64,000 nucleotides of DNA from assembly GCA_944368975.1 (NCBI GenBank), contig CALVXI010000002.1, forward strand, positions 12,513-76,512, read 5' to 3'. The notes beneath the pieces were generated by a model. That model was given only the letters and a program-made list of their open reading frames with translations. It made no database searches and was not told where the DNA came from. Positions 50,974-60,108 of this stretch are shown here, piece by piece. The number at the start of each line of letters is the position of its first letter. Positions within the stretch are counted from its first letter, which is position 1. The DNA is from an uncultured Bacilli bacterium (GTDB lineage: Bacteria; Bacillota_I; Bacilli_A; RFN20; CAG-826). The position numbers and the translations under genes are program-made.

Positions 50974-51045
50974 ATTAAATTTATAAAGAAAAAAACACTC
51001 CTATTGTTTATAATATAAACAATCACGAAAGGAGTGTTTTTATTT

Positions 51046-52104
51046 ATGGGTTTAAAAAAGTATGATGAAGAAGAAGTAAAAGCTAAAGAAGAAGAGATTG
51101 AAGCTAAACTTATTCAAGAAGATCAAGATGAAGAGGATGAAATTATCGACGAACCTCTTACTGAAGAAGTAATTGAACCTGATAGTGATGAAGCTATCGT
51201 TTTAGATAATATTAAAAATAAGATTAACGAAGAACGTAAAAAATATCTAGATTATTATAATAAGCAAAAGTTGATGCGTCGAATTTCCACAATTATTATT
51301 GTTTTAATCTTAATTGGTGCTTTTGCGATGGTCTTATGTAGTGATTTAATGGGTGGAGTTGGAGTTTATGTTGGTTTCCCACTTGCTATTTTAGCAATTA
51401 TCGCTGCTTATGTTGTAAGTAAAATTTCTAGAAATAAACTTTCGAATGAAGCTCAAAAATATATGGCTAATTTATATAGTATTTCTAATCAATATATTTT
51501 TGATGGAATTAATTTAGCTGATTATGATTTTAATATAAGTAAGCAATTAGAGATGTCTAATTTTATAAATTGTCATTTTTATAAAAATATTAAAAACACT
51601 AGAAGTAGAAATTTTGTTAGTTTTTTATATAAAGGATATGAATTTACTGCTTGTGATTTAGCAGCTAGTGTTATTATAAAAAATAAGACTAGTCCGATGT
51701 TTTTAGGTAAATTTTATTCTTATTCTTTTTCAAAATATCAAAAAGAAGATGGTGTAATTACTTTTCAACTTAAAGGAAAAGAACTTTCTAGACCTTTAGA
51801 TGATATTGAAGATTTAAAGCTTCAAGAAGAAACTAAAAAATATGTTATTTATTCAAATGATGATGAGTATAAAAAGATTTTAAAAGATAGCATTATCAAA
51901 AATTTATGTCAATTTAGAATCGATAATACTTTAATTGATGTAATTGTTTCAATTAGACCTTCACATATTGATATTGGAATTGATTATAGTGATGAATTTA
52001 TGAATGTTCCAGTTGAAAGTGAATTTAATATTGAAGACTTAAAAAGAGCCAAAAGAGATTTTAATAAGGTAATTAATATTATTGAATTAATTAATAAAAA
52101 TTAA
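51046..52104 (+). CDS. Hypothetical membrane protein (acidic N-terminus, two TM helices)
   Basis: AAGGAG RBS before ATG 51046; first gene of the tsa operon. Confidence 0.7.
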   Translation: MGLKKYDEEEVKAKEEEIEAKLIQEDQDEEDEIIDEPLTEEVIEPDSDEAIVLDNIKNKINEERKKYLDYYNKQKLMRRISTIIIVLILIGAFAMVLCSDLMGGVGVYVGFPLAILAIIAAYVVSKISRNKLSNEAQKYMANLYSISNQYIFDGINLADYDFNISKQLEMSNFINCHFYKNIKNTRSRNFVSFLYKGYEFTACDLAASVIIKNKTSPMFLGKFYSYSFSKYQKEDGVITFQLKGKELSRPLDDIEDLKLQEETKKYVIYSNDDEYKKILKDSIIKNLCQFRIDNTLIDVIVSIRPSHIDIGIDYSDEFMNVPVESEFNIEDLKRAKRDFNKVINIIELINKN

Positions 52105-52105
52105 T

Positions 52106-52636
52106 ATGTCAGATATTTTAAAGAAGTGGATAGAAGTTCAAGGGTATAAACATGATGGAAGAATGCATCGCATTTGGGATAGTGTTTTTGTTATCGCTGA
52201 AACTAATGAATATATTGTTACAGCAAGTAAAAGGACAAAAGTAATTGAACATGATTTCCGAATTTGGTATACCAAAGAACCTGCTATTATGATCTTCTTT
52301 AAAGATTCGTGGTTTAATGTAATTGCTATGTTTAAAAAGATTGGATTAACTTATTACATTAATCTTGCTTCCCCGTATATATTAGATAAAAATAAAATCA
52401 AATATATCGATTATGATTTAGATTTAAAGTTATTTCCTAATAAAACTATAAAAGTTATTGATGTGAAAGAATACGGGTACCATCGAAAAAAATATAATTA
52501 TGGTGAAGAAATTGATAAAATTTTACGTTTTAATTTAAAAGAATTACCAGGAATTATGAAAGAAGGTAAATTTCCATTTCTTGATGAACAAATTAAAGAG
52601 TATTATGAGGAATTTTTAAAGGTTACGAAGAAATAA
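52106..52636 (+). CDS. DUF402 family protein (YgaC-like nucleoside phosphatase)
   Basis: YKHDGRMHRIW, WFNVIAM, YYINLASP, YIDYDLDLK. Confidence 0.88.
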   Translation: MSDILKKWIEVQGYKHDGRMHRIWDSVFVIAETNEYIVTASKRTKVIEHDFRIWYTKEPAIMIFFKDSWFNVIAMFKKIGLTYYINLASPYILDKNKIKYIDYDLDLKLFPNKTIKVIDVKEYGYHRKKYNYGEEIDKILRFNLKELPGIMKEGKFPFLDEQIKEYYEEFLKVTKK

Positions 52637-52638
52637 GT

Positions 52639-53112
52639 ATGAAAATAATAATAATTAGTAAAAATGTAAATGAAACAATATCTTTAGGAGAAAAGATTGC
52701 TAAATTTTTATTTAAAGGAAGTGTTATTACTTTAAATGGAGATTTAGGAGCTGGCAAAACAACTTTTACTAAGGGTATTGGGAAAGGATTAAATATTAAA
52801 GAAGAAATTAATTCTCCAACATTTAATATTTTAAAATGTTATTTCAATAAAAATGGTTTAAACATGTATCATATAGATGCTTATCGATTAGAAGATGTTC
52901 CTAATGAAAATAAAAATATCGGTTTAGAAGAAGTTATTGAAGGTGATGGAGTAACCTTAATTGAATGGGATAAATTTATTAAAGAATTTATTGATTATGA
53001 TTTAAGTTTAAATATTGAAATATTAATTAATGAAGATAATACCCGTAAATTTATTATTGAATCAAAAAATAATCAATATTCGATGTTATTTGAGGAGTTA
53101 AAAAATGATTAG
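52639..53112 (+). CDS. tsaE: tRNA t6A biosynthesis ATPase TsaE
   Basis: GDLGAGKTTF, SPTF, HIDAYRL, LIEW. Confidence 0.95.
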   Translation: MKIIIISKNVNETISLGEKIAKFLFKGSVITLNGDLGAGKTTFTKGIGKGLNIKEEINSPTFNILKCYFNKNGLNMYHIDAYRLEDVPNENKNIGLEEVIEGDGVTLIEWDKFIKEFIDYDLSLNIEILINEDNTRKFIIESKNNQYSMLFEELKND

Positions 53113-53689
53113 TTTATTACTTGATAGTTCAAATACTTATTTAAATGTTGCTTTAGGTATTAATAACAAAATCGTAAGTAAAATTAGTTATGAATGCTTT
53201 CAAAGGCAAAGTGAAATGATGATTCCAGAAATACATAACATTCTTAAAGAAAATAATATTGATCCAAAAGATATTAATGAAGTTTTAGTTACATTTGGAC
53301 CTGGAAGCTATACTGGATTAAGAATTGCTTTAACAATTGCTAAAATCTATGCATATAGTTTAAATATCCCATGTTATACATTTTCAAGTTTAGAAGTTCT
53401 TCAAAAAGAAAATACTCCTTCTATATGTTTAATGAATGCTAGAAGTAAAAGAAGTTATTTTGGAGTTTATTTAAATAATGAAGTACTTGTTAAAGATCAA
53501 GTTCTCACTAACTTAGAAGTTCTTAATTATATTAATGAACATAATGATTATGCTTTATGTGGTGAAGTTAATTATCTTAATTTAACTTCAAATGGAGATG
53601 ACATCTTTTTAAATATGATTAGATTAAAAGATGAAAAACATTTAGTAAAAGATATATTAAGTTTAAAAGCAATTTATTTAAAAGATTAA
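53105..53689 (+). CDS. tsaB: tRNA t6A biosynthesis protein TsaB
   Basis: LLDSS, GPGSYTGLRI, MNARS. Confidence 0.93.
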   Translation: MISLLLDSSNTYLNVALGINNKIVSKISYECFQRQSEMMIPEIHNILKENNIDPKDINEVLVTFGPGSYTGLRIALTIAKIYAYSLNIPCYTFSSLEVLQKENTPSICLMNARSKRSYFGVYLNNEVLVKDQVLTNLEVLNYINEHNDYALCGEVNYLNLTSNGDDIFLNMIRLKDEKHLVKDILSLKAIYLKD

Positions 53690-53692
53690 TTT

Positions 53693-54127
53693 ATGGATAT
53701 ATTAAAAGTAAGTCATAGTGATTTAGATAAAATTTTAGAGATTGAAAATGAATCATTTATTAAACCTTTTAAAAAGGAAAATTTTTTATATGAACTAAAT
53801 GAAAACCCTTTTTCTCGTTTTTATAAATTAGTTATAGATAATGAAATTATTGGTTTTCTTTTACTTTATGTTACTTTTGATAGTTCCTCTATTGTCCAAA
53901 TTGCAATAAAAAAAGGTAAAAGAAATCAAGGTTTTGCATGGTTTTTACTTCAAAATGTCGAAAAATTATTAATTAAAGAGGAAGTAAATTTCATTACTTT
54001 AGAAGTTAGAGTTTCAAATATTCCAGCTAGAAAGTTATATAAGAAATTAGGATATGAAGAAATAAATATTAAGAAAGGATACTATGAAGATGGTGAAGAC
54101 GCCATTTATATGGTAAAAGGTATTTAA
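53693..54127 (+). CDS. rimI: Ribosomal protein S18 alanine N-acetyltransferase
   Basis: LEVRVSNIPARKLYKKLGY...YYEDGEDA; located between tsaB and tsaD. Confidence 0.9.
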   Translation: MDILKVSHSDLDKILEIENESFIKPFKKENFLYELNENPFSRFYKLVIDNEIIGFLLLYVTFDSSSIVQIAIKKGKRNQGFAWFLLQNVEKLLIKEEVNFITLEVRVSNIPARKLYKKLGYEEINIKKGYYEDGEDAIYMVKGI

Positions 54128-54128
54128 G

Positions 54129-55142
54129 ATGGATAAAATAATTTTAGCGATTGAAAGTAGTTGTGATGAAACAGCATGTGCAATTATAAAAAATAATGAA
54201 TTATTAGCAAATGTAATTTCTAGTCAAATTGAAATTCATCAAAAATACGGTGGAGTTATGCCTGAAATTGCTAGTAGATTACATTTAGAAAATATTTTAG
54301 TTGTTATTAATGAGGCTTTACATAAGGCTAATATCAGTTTAGATGATGTTAGTGCTTTTGCAGTTACTCGTGGCCCAGGATTAATTGGAGCACTTCATGT
54401 TGGTTTACAAGCTATTAAGACACTATCTTTAATTTATAATAAACCAATAATTCCAGTTCATCATTTAGCTGGGCATATTTATGCAAATGAATTTGTTAAA
54501 CCACTTAATTTCCCTTTACTTGCTGTTGTTGTAAGTGGCGGAAATACTGAACTTGTTTATATGAAAGAACATTTATCCTTTGAAATAATTGGTGAAACAA
54601 AGGATGATGCTATTGGGGAAAGTTTTGATAAAGTTGCTAGAGTTTTAGGCTTACCTTATCCAGGAGGGGTTGCAATTGATAAACTTGCTAAGTTAGGAAA
54701 ACATACTTATTCTTTACCAACTCCATTAAAAGATGGTAGTTTAAATGTTTCTTATAGTGGACTTAAAACTGCAGTAATTAATTTAGTTCATAAAGAGAAA
54801 CAAAATGGACGTGAAATTAATATTAATGATATGGCAAAAAGTTTCCAGGATACCGCGATTAATGAATTATTAATTAGAGTAAAGAAAGCAACTTCAATTT
54901 ATAATGTTAAACAAGTTGTTTTAGCTGGTGGAGTTAGTGCTAATTCTTATTTAAGAAGTGAAATTTCTAGAATGTATGAAAATAGTGGAATTGATGTCAT
55001 TATTCCTCCATTATGGTGTACAACTGATAATGCGGCAATGATTGCTAAAGTTGCTAGTTATTTATATGACAGAAATGTTTTTAGTGATTTATCTTTAGGT
55101 GCTGATCCAAGTTGGAAAATAGAAGATTACTTAAAGTTTTAG
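54129..55142 (+). CDS. tsaD: tRNA N6-threonylcarbamoyltransferase TsaD
   Basis: IESSCDET, GGVMPEIASRLH, HHLAGH, VSGGNT, TDNAAMIA. Confidence 0.96.
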   Translation: MDKIILAIESSCDETACAIIKNNELLANVISSQIEIHQKYGGVMPEIASRLHLENILVVINEALHKANISLDDVSAFAVTRGPGLIGALHVGLQAIKTLSLIYNKPIIPVHHLAGHIYANEFVKPLNFPLLAVVVSGGNTELVYMKEHLSFEIIGETKDDAIGESFDKVARVLGLPYPGGVAIDKLAKLGKHTYSLPTPLKDGSLNVSYSGLKTAVINLVHKEKQNGREININDMAKSFQDTAINELLIRVKKATSIYNVKQVVLAGGVSANSYLRSEISRMYENSGIDVIIPPLWCTTDNAAMIAKVASYLYDRNVFSDLSLGADPSWKIEDYLKF

Positions 55143-55161
55143 TAAATAAGGAAAAGCATAT

Positions 55162-57582
55162 ATGAAACTTGATGTTGAAAAATTAATTAATGAATTAACA
55201 ATAGAAGAAAAGGCATATCTATTATCTGGCTATACTGTTATGTCGACGATGCCAATTAAAAGATTAAATATACCTAGTGTTAATTTTAGTGATGGACCAT
55301 TAGGAATAAGAAAATTAGATGAAGGTGGAAATTCTCTTAGTGGTATCACTGAATCTTTAATTTCAACTTGTTTTCCTTCACCAACAAATTTAGCAAGTTC
55401 TTTTAATAAAGAAAATTCAAAATTAATGGGAGAAGTAATTAGTGATGAGTGTAAATATTACAATATTCAAGTAATGCTTGCTCCAGCAATTAATATTAAA
55501 CGTAATCCATTATGTGGAAGAAATTTCGAATATTTAAGTGAAGATCCATTTTTAACTAGTGAGATTATTAAAGGATATATAAATACATTAGAAGATAATG
55601 GAATTGGAAGTTGTTTAAAACATTTTGCTTGCAATAATAATGAGACTATCCGTTATTATGGTAATTCAATAGTCGATGAAAGAGCAATGTTTGAGATTTA
55701 TTTTAAAGCTTTTCGTGATTTAACCAAAAATGGTCATCCATTTACTTATATGAGCTCTTATAATCAAATTAATGGAACGTATGCTAGCGATAATGATTTT
55801 TTATTAAATAAAACATTAAGAGATAATTTTAAATTTAATGGATTAGTGATGACTGATTGGGGAGGACTTACTTTAGATCGAGTTAGTTGCTTAATTCATG
55901 GCACAGATTTAGAAATGCCTGGAATGACTAAAGAAAATACTAATCAAATAATTGAAAGTATAAGAAATAAGACCTTAGATATTGAAGTTCTTAATAATAG
56001 TGTTTGTAATTTATTAAATTTAATTAATAAATTAGATTATACAAAACATAATGATGTTGATTTTGAAAGTCATTATGAGGTAAGTAAAAAAATAGCGACT
56101 GATTCGATAGTTTTATTAAAAAATGATGATCAAATATTACCTTTAAAGAAAAATAAAAGCATTCTTTGTGTCGGTTCTTTATTTAAAAAGAATCATTATC
56201 AAGGTAGCGGTAGTAGTTTACTTAATCCTGCTAAACTTACTAGTATTGAAGAAGCATTTATTAATAATAAAGTTAATTTTAAATATTTAGAAGGATATTT
56301 AGAAAGCGAAACTAAGATTAATAAAAAATTAGAAAAAGAAGTGCTTAAAAATGTAAATAATTATGATTATATTTTATATTTTTGTGGTTTAACTGATTAT
56401 GAAGAAAGTGAAGGATTTGACCGAGAAACATTAAAATTAAACGAAAATCAAATTCATTTATTAGGAGAAATCCTTAAATTAAATAAAAATGTAATTTTAG
56501 TTTTACAAAATGGTGGGGTAATTGAGATTCCTTATAATAATGAAGTAAAAGGAATTGTTGAAACTTTCTTATTAGGTGAAGCAATTGGTGATAGCTTATA
56601 TTCAATTTTATTTGGAGAAGTTAGTCCAAGTGGTCGCTTACCTGAAACATTTGTTAAATCAATGAACGATATTCCTTTTATTAATGAATTTAATAAGCAA
56701 CATGAAGAATATTATAAAGAGTCAATTTATGTTGGTTATCGATATTATCAAAGTGTTAATAAGGAAGTTTTATATCCTTTTGGATACGGATTAAGTTATG
56801 CTAAATTTAGTTATTCAAATTTCAATATAGAAAAAGTAAATGATGGGATTAAAGTAAAATTTACTATTAAAAACGAAAGTGATATTGAAGCTAAAGAAGT
56901 TAGCCAAATTTATGTTTCAAAAGAAAATAGTGACATTTTTAGACCCCTCAAAGAACTTAAATTTTTCACAAAAACCCTTCTAAAACCTTATGAAATTAAA
57001 GAAATTGAAGGTTTTATCTCTTTCGAAGACCTTAAAATTTATGATGTTAATTCAAAGACTTTTAAACTTGAAGATGGAGAATATAAGTTTATTTTATCAA
57101 AGGATGCATTAAATGAAATTAGTAGTTTAAAAGTTTTTATTGAGGGTGAAAAGTTAGTTAATAAGTTTAGTAAACTAATCAATAAATATTATAAAGATCC
57201 TAAAAATTTATTGAATGTTACAGATGATGCTTATTATGAGTTATTAGGTTATAAACCTCAAAAATTAATTTTTAAAAGACCTTATACACTAGAAACACCA
57301 ATAAAAGAATTTAAAACACTTTATGGTAAAATCTTTATTAAAATTATGCTTAATCAAGCTGATAAAAAACGTAAGAAAGCTAAAAGAATTAAAGATCCAT
57401 TCCTTAAAGAAAGAGAATTAAAAGCAGCTGTTTTTATGAAAAAATTAACATTAGCTAATAGCTTAAGAAGCTTATGTTTTTCTAGTAGTGGTTTAATGAG
57501 CTATAACTTTATGCTTGGAATTTTAGCCTTGGTCAATAATCATCCAATCAAAGCTATTAAATATTTTATGAAAAAATCATAA
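55162..57582 (+). CDS. Glycoside hydrolase family 3 beta-glucosidase-like protein with Fn3-like domain
   Basis: SDGPLGIR, RNPLCGRNFEYLSEDP, KHFACN, nucleophile MTDWG, ESEGFDR, YPFGYGLSY. Confidence 0.92.
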   Translation: MKLDVEKLINELTIEEKAYLLSGYTVMSTMPIKRLNIPSVNFSDGPLGIRKLDEGGNSLSGITESLISTCFPSPTNLASSFNKENSKLMGEVISDECKYYNIQVMLAPAINIKRNPLCGRNFEYLSEDPFLTSEIIKGYINTLEDNGIGSCLKHFACNNNETIRYYGNSIVDERAMFEIYFKAFRDLTKNGHPFTYMSSYNQINGTYASDNDFLLNKTLRDNFKFNGLVMTDWGGLTLDRVSCLIHGTDLEMPGMTKENTNQIIESIRNKTLDIEVLNNSVCNLLNLINKLDYTKHNDVDFESHYEVSKKIATDSIVLLKNDDQILPLKKNKSILCVGSLFKKNHYQGSGSSLLNPAKLTSIEEAFINNKVNFKYLEGYLESETKINKKLEKEVLKNVNNYDYILYFCGLTDYEESEGFDRETLKLNENQIHLLGEILKLNKNVILVLQNGGVIEIPYNNEVKGIVETFLLGEAIGDSLYSILFGEVSPSGRLPETFVKSMNDIPFINEFNKQHEEYYKESIYVGYRYYQSVNKEVLYPFGYGLSYAKFSYSNFNIEKVNDGIKVKFTIKNESDIEAKEVSQIYVSKENSDIFRPLKELKFFTKTLLKPYEIKEIEGFISFEDLKIYDVNSKTFKLEDGEYKFILSKDALNEISSLKVFIEGEKLVNKFSKLINKYYKDPKNLLNVTDDAYYELLGYKPQKLIFKRPYTLETPIKEFKTLYGKIFIKIMLNQADKKRKKAKRIKDPFLKERELKAAVFMKKLTLANSLRSLCFSSSGLMSYNFMLGILALVNNHPIKAIKYFMKKS

Positions 57583-57635
57583 TAGAAAATAAATTATTTT
57601 ATAAAAATAAATGTCAATAATGATATAATAAAAAG

Positions 57636-58319
57636 ATGGAAAACAAATCTAGTATTGAAGAATTAATTAAACAAATGGAATCATTTAAACTCCCAGGGTA
57701 TAAAGATTTACCTGAGATTCCTTTATATATGGAACAAGTTGTAAGTTATGTTAAAGAAGCTTTAGGAATTTTAGGAAATAACAATGACATATCAATCACT
57801 CCATTTATGATAAATAATTATGTCAAAGCAAAAATCATTGATTCACCAAGCGAAAAGAAATATAACCAAAGACATTTAGGCTATCTAATTGCAATATCTT
57901 TACTTAAATCTGTAGTGAACATGAAGGATTTAGCCACTTTTATTGATATAGACCGTAGTGAAATTTTAAAGAAAAATAATAGTGATACTTTCTTATATGA
58001 TGTTTTTAAAGAATTGGAAGAAGATGCTTTGCATAATGCCATTCATAAAGTAAAAGTCTTAAATGAAGTTTTTAAAAAGTCTGCAAAAAAGAATAAGAAT
58101 AAGAAAGAAAATTCTGAAGAAATAGAAAAAGCAAATTTATCATATATTGCTTTAAGACTTTATGTTGAAAGTGAAGCTAATAAATTAATTGCTGATATGA
58201 TTATGCAGCAAATAGGTCAAGATACATTTAAAAATCTTGATACTTCAAAATATGATCGAAAGAAAATCGGCGTAGAAGCTAAAAAACTTCGTGATAGAGA
58301 AAAAGGAGTTAAAAAATGA
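57636..58319 (+). CDS. DUF1836 domain protein
   Basis: LPEIPLYMEQV, ITPFMINNYVK, KKY. Confidence 0.85.
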   Translation: MENKSSIEELIKQMESFKLPGYKDLPEIPLYMEQVVSYVKEALGILGNNNDISITPFMINNYVKAKIIDSPSEKKYNQRHLGYLIAISLLKSVVNMKDLATFIDIDRSEILKKNNSDTFLYDVFKELEEDALHNAIHKVKVLNEVFKKSAKKNKNKKENSEEIEKANLSYIALRLYVESEANKLIADMIMQQIGQDTFKNLDTSKYDRKKIGVEAKKLRDREKGVKK

Positions 58320-59332
58320 GAGTATTAGTTACTGGTGGTTTAGGTTTTATTGGTAGTCATACTGTTTGTGACTTACTTGAAAGCGGTTATGATGTAACAA
58401 TTATCGATAACTTATATAATTCAAAAGAAGTTGTTCTCGAAAGAATTAAAGAAATTACTGGTAGGGCTCCAAACTTTTATAAATTTGATGTACAAAATAA
58501 AGAAAAATTAGAAGAAGTATTTAAGAAAGAAAAAATAGATGCAATAATTCATTTTGCTGGCTATAAAGCAGTAGGAGAAAGTGTTGAAAAACCACTTGAA
58601 TATTATGAAAATAACTTAGATACTACTTTTGCCTTATTATGGATGATGAAAAAATATGGTACTAAAAATTTTGTTTTTAGTAGTAGTGCTACAATTTATG
58701 GAGTTCCTGATAAGGTTCCTTTAAAAGAAACAGATCCAAGAAAAGAAGCAACATCTCCTTATGGTGAAAGCAAGGTTATGATTGAAAGAATATTAGAAGA
58801 TGTAAGTCATGTTAATAAGGATTACAATATCGCTATTTTAAGATATTTTAATCCAATTGGCGCACATAAGTCTGGATTATTAGGTGAAGACCCTAATGGT
58901 ATCCCTAATAATTTATTACCATATATAAATAAAGTAGCTGTCGGCGAACTTAAATATTTAAATGTTTTTGGAAATGACTATCCTACAAAAGACGGGACAG
59001 GTGTTAGAGATTATATCCATGTTTTAGATTTAGCTAGAGGCCATGTTTTAGCTTTAAAGAAACTTGAAACAAATCCTGGATTAGTTATTTATAATTTAGG
59101 AACTGGAAAAGGTACTAGTGTTTTAGAGATGATTAAAGCTTATGAAGAAGCAACAAATATTAAAATACCTTATGAAATTAAACCACGTAGAAGTGGAGAT
59201 GTTGCTATAAATTATGCCGACTGTTCTAAAGCAAATATTGAATTAGGTTTTAAAGCTAAGTATACGATTAAAGATGCCTGTTTAGATGGTTATAATTATC
59301 AATTAGCTGAAGAAAAAAGAAAAAATAGTTAA
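58316..59332 (+). CDS. galE: UDP-glucose 4-epimerase
   Basis: TGGLGFIGSH, KAVGESVEKPLEYY, YGESK, LRYFNP, RDYIHV. Confidence 0.96.
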   Translation: MRVLVTGGLGFIGSHTVCDLLESGYDVTIIDNLYNSKEVVLERIKEITGRAPNFYKFDVQNKEKLEEVFKKEKIDAIIHFAGYKAVGESVEKPLEYYENNLDTTFALLWMMKKYGTKNFVFSSSATIYGVPDKVPLKETDPRKEATSPYGESKVMIERILEDVSHVNKDYNIAILRYFNPIGAHKSGLLGEDPNGIPNNLLPYINKVAVGELKYLNVFGNDYPTKDGTGVRDYIHVLDLARGHVLALKKLETNPGLVIYNLGTGKGTSVLEMIKAYEEATNIKIPYEIKPRRSGDVAINYADCSKANIELGFKAKYTIKDACLDGYNYQLAEEKRKNS

Positions 59333-59379
59333 ATTTTGCAAGGTTTTTAATATAAATTTAAAATAAAAAGATATTTTAT

Positions 59380-59847
59380 ATGAGAATACTTTACGTTTTA
59401 ACATCGATTCCTGGAAGTGGTAAGTCAACACGGGCTTTAAATTTTAAAGCAAATAATTTGAATACTTTTATTGTTTCTAGTGATGAGATAAGAAAAGAAT
59501 TAGGCGGTTCATATCAATATTTTAAAGAGGAAGATCGAGTTTGGAGAATATTTTATGCTCGCACTAATAAATATGCTCGAGAATATAAAGATTGTAATGT
59601 AATTTTAGATTCAACAGCTATGAATGATTATTATCGAGAACTTTATTTACATAAATGCAAGGGATTTGATAAATATGTTTTAGTTTATTTTAATGTTCCT
59701 TTTAGTGTATGCCGAAAAAGAAACAAAAATAGAATGGTTGAAAAGCAAGTTCCTGATGCAGTTTTTGATAATTTTGTGAAAAATTTCAAAAAACCAGATG
59801 AGTTTATAAAAACGCTATATGATGAATATATCGAAGTAACTAACTAA
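59380..59847 (+). CDS. AAA_33 / polynucleotide-kinase-like P-loop kinase
   Basis: IPGSGKST, VSSDEIR, VILDSTA, CRKRNKNR...VP. Confidence 0.82.
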   Translation: MRILYVLTSIPGSGKSTRALNFKANNLNTFIVSSDEIRKELGGSYQYFKEEDRVWRIFYARTNKYAREYKDCNVILDSTAMNDYYRELYLHKCKGFDKYVLVYFNVPFSVCRKRNKNRMVEKQVPDAVFDNFVKNFKKPDEFIKTLYDEYIEVTN

Positions 59848-59849
59848 AT

Positions 59850-59926
59850 TGGCGTGTAGACAAATGGTAAAGTCACCTGTCTCTGAAACAGGGTTTGTGA
59901 TGGTTCGAGTCCATCCACGCCAGCCA
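59850..59926 (+). tRNA. tRNA-Gln (CTG)
   Basis: TGGCGTG/CACGCCA acceptor stem, anticodon arm CCTGT-CTCTGAA-ACAGG, GGTTCGAGTCC, encoded CCA. Confidence 0.94.
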
Positions 59927-59936
59927 TTCAAAAGAT

Positions 59937-59968
59937 AACGAGATAATACCAAAAATTATCTCGTTTTT
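59937..59968 (+). terminator. Rho-independent terminator after tRNA-Gln
   Basis: AACGAGATAAT-N7-ATTATCTCGTT followed by TTT. Confidence 0.8.
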
Positions 59969-60108
59969 ATTATATTTAGGTTCTTTTTTGATAGATTTGA
60001 TTATTCAGAAGATTCCTGAACAGACATTATTAAATGACAAAATACAATTTGCAAACAAAATGCAAAAGACCCTTGTTATTCTAGTTTTAGAATATAGAAT
60101 TATTACTT

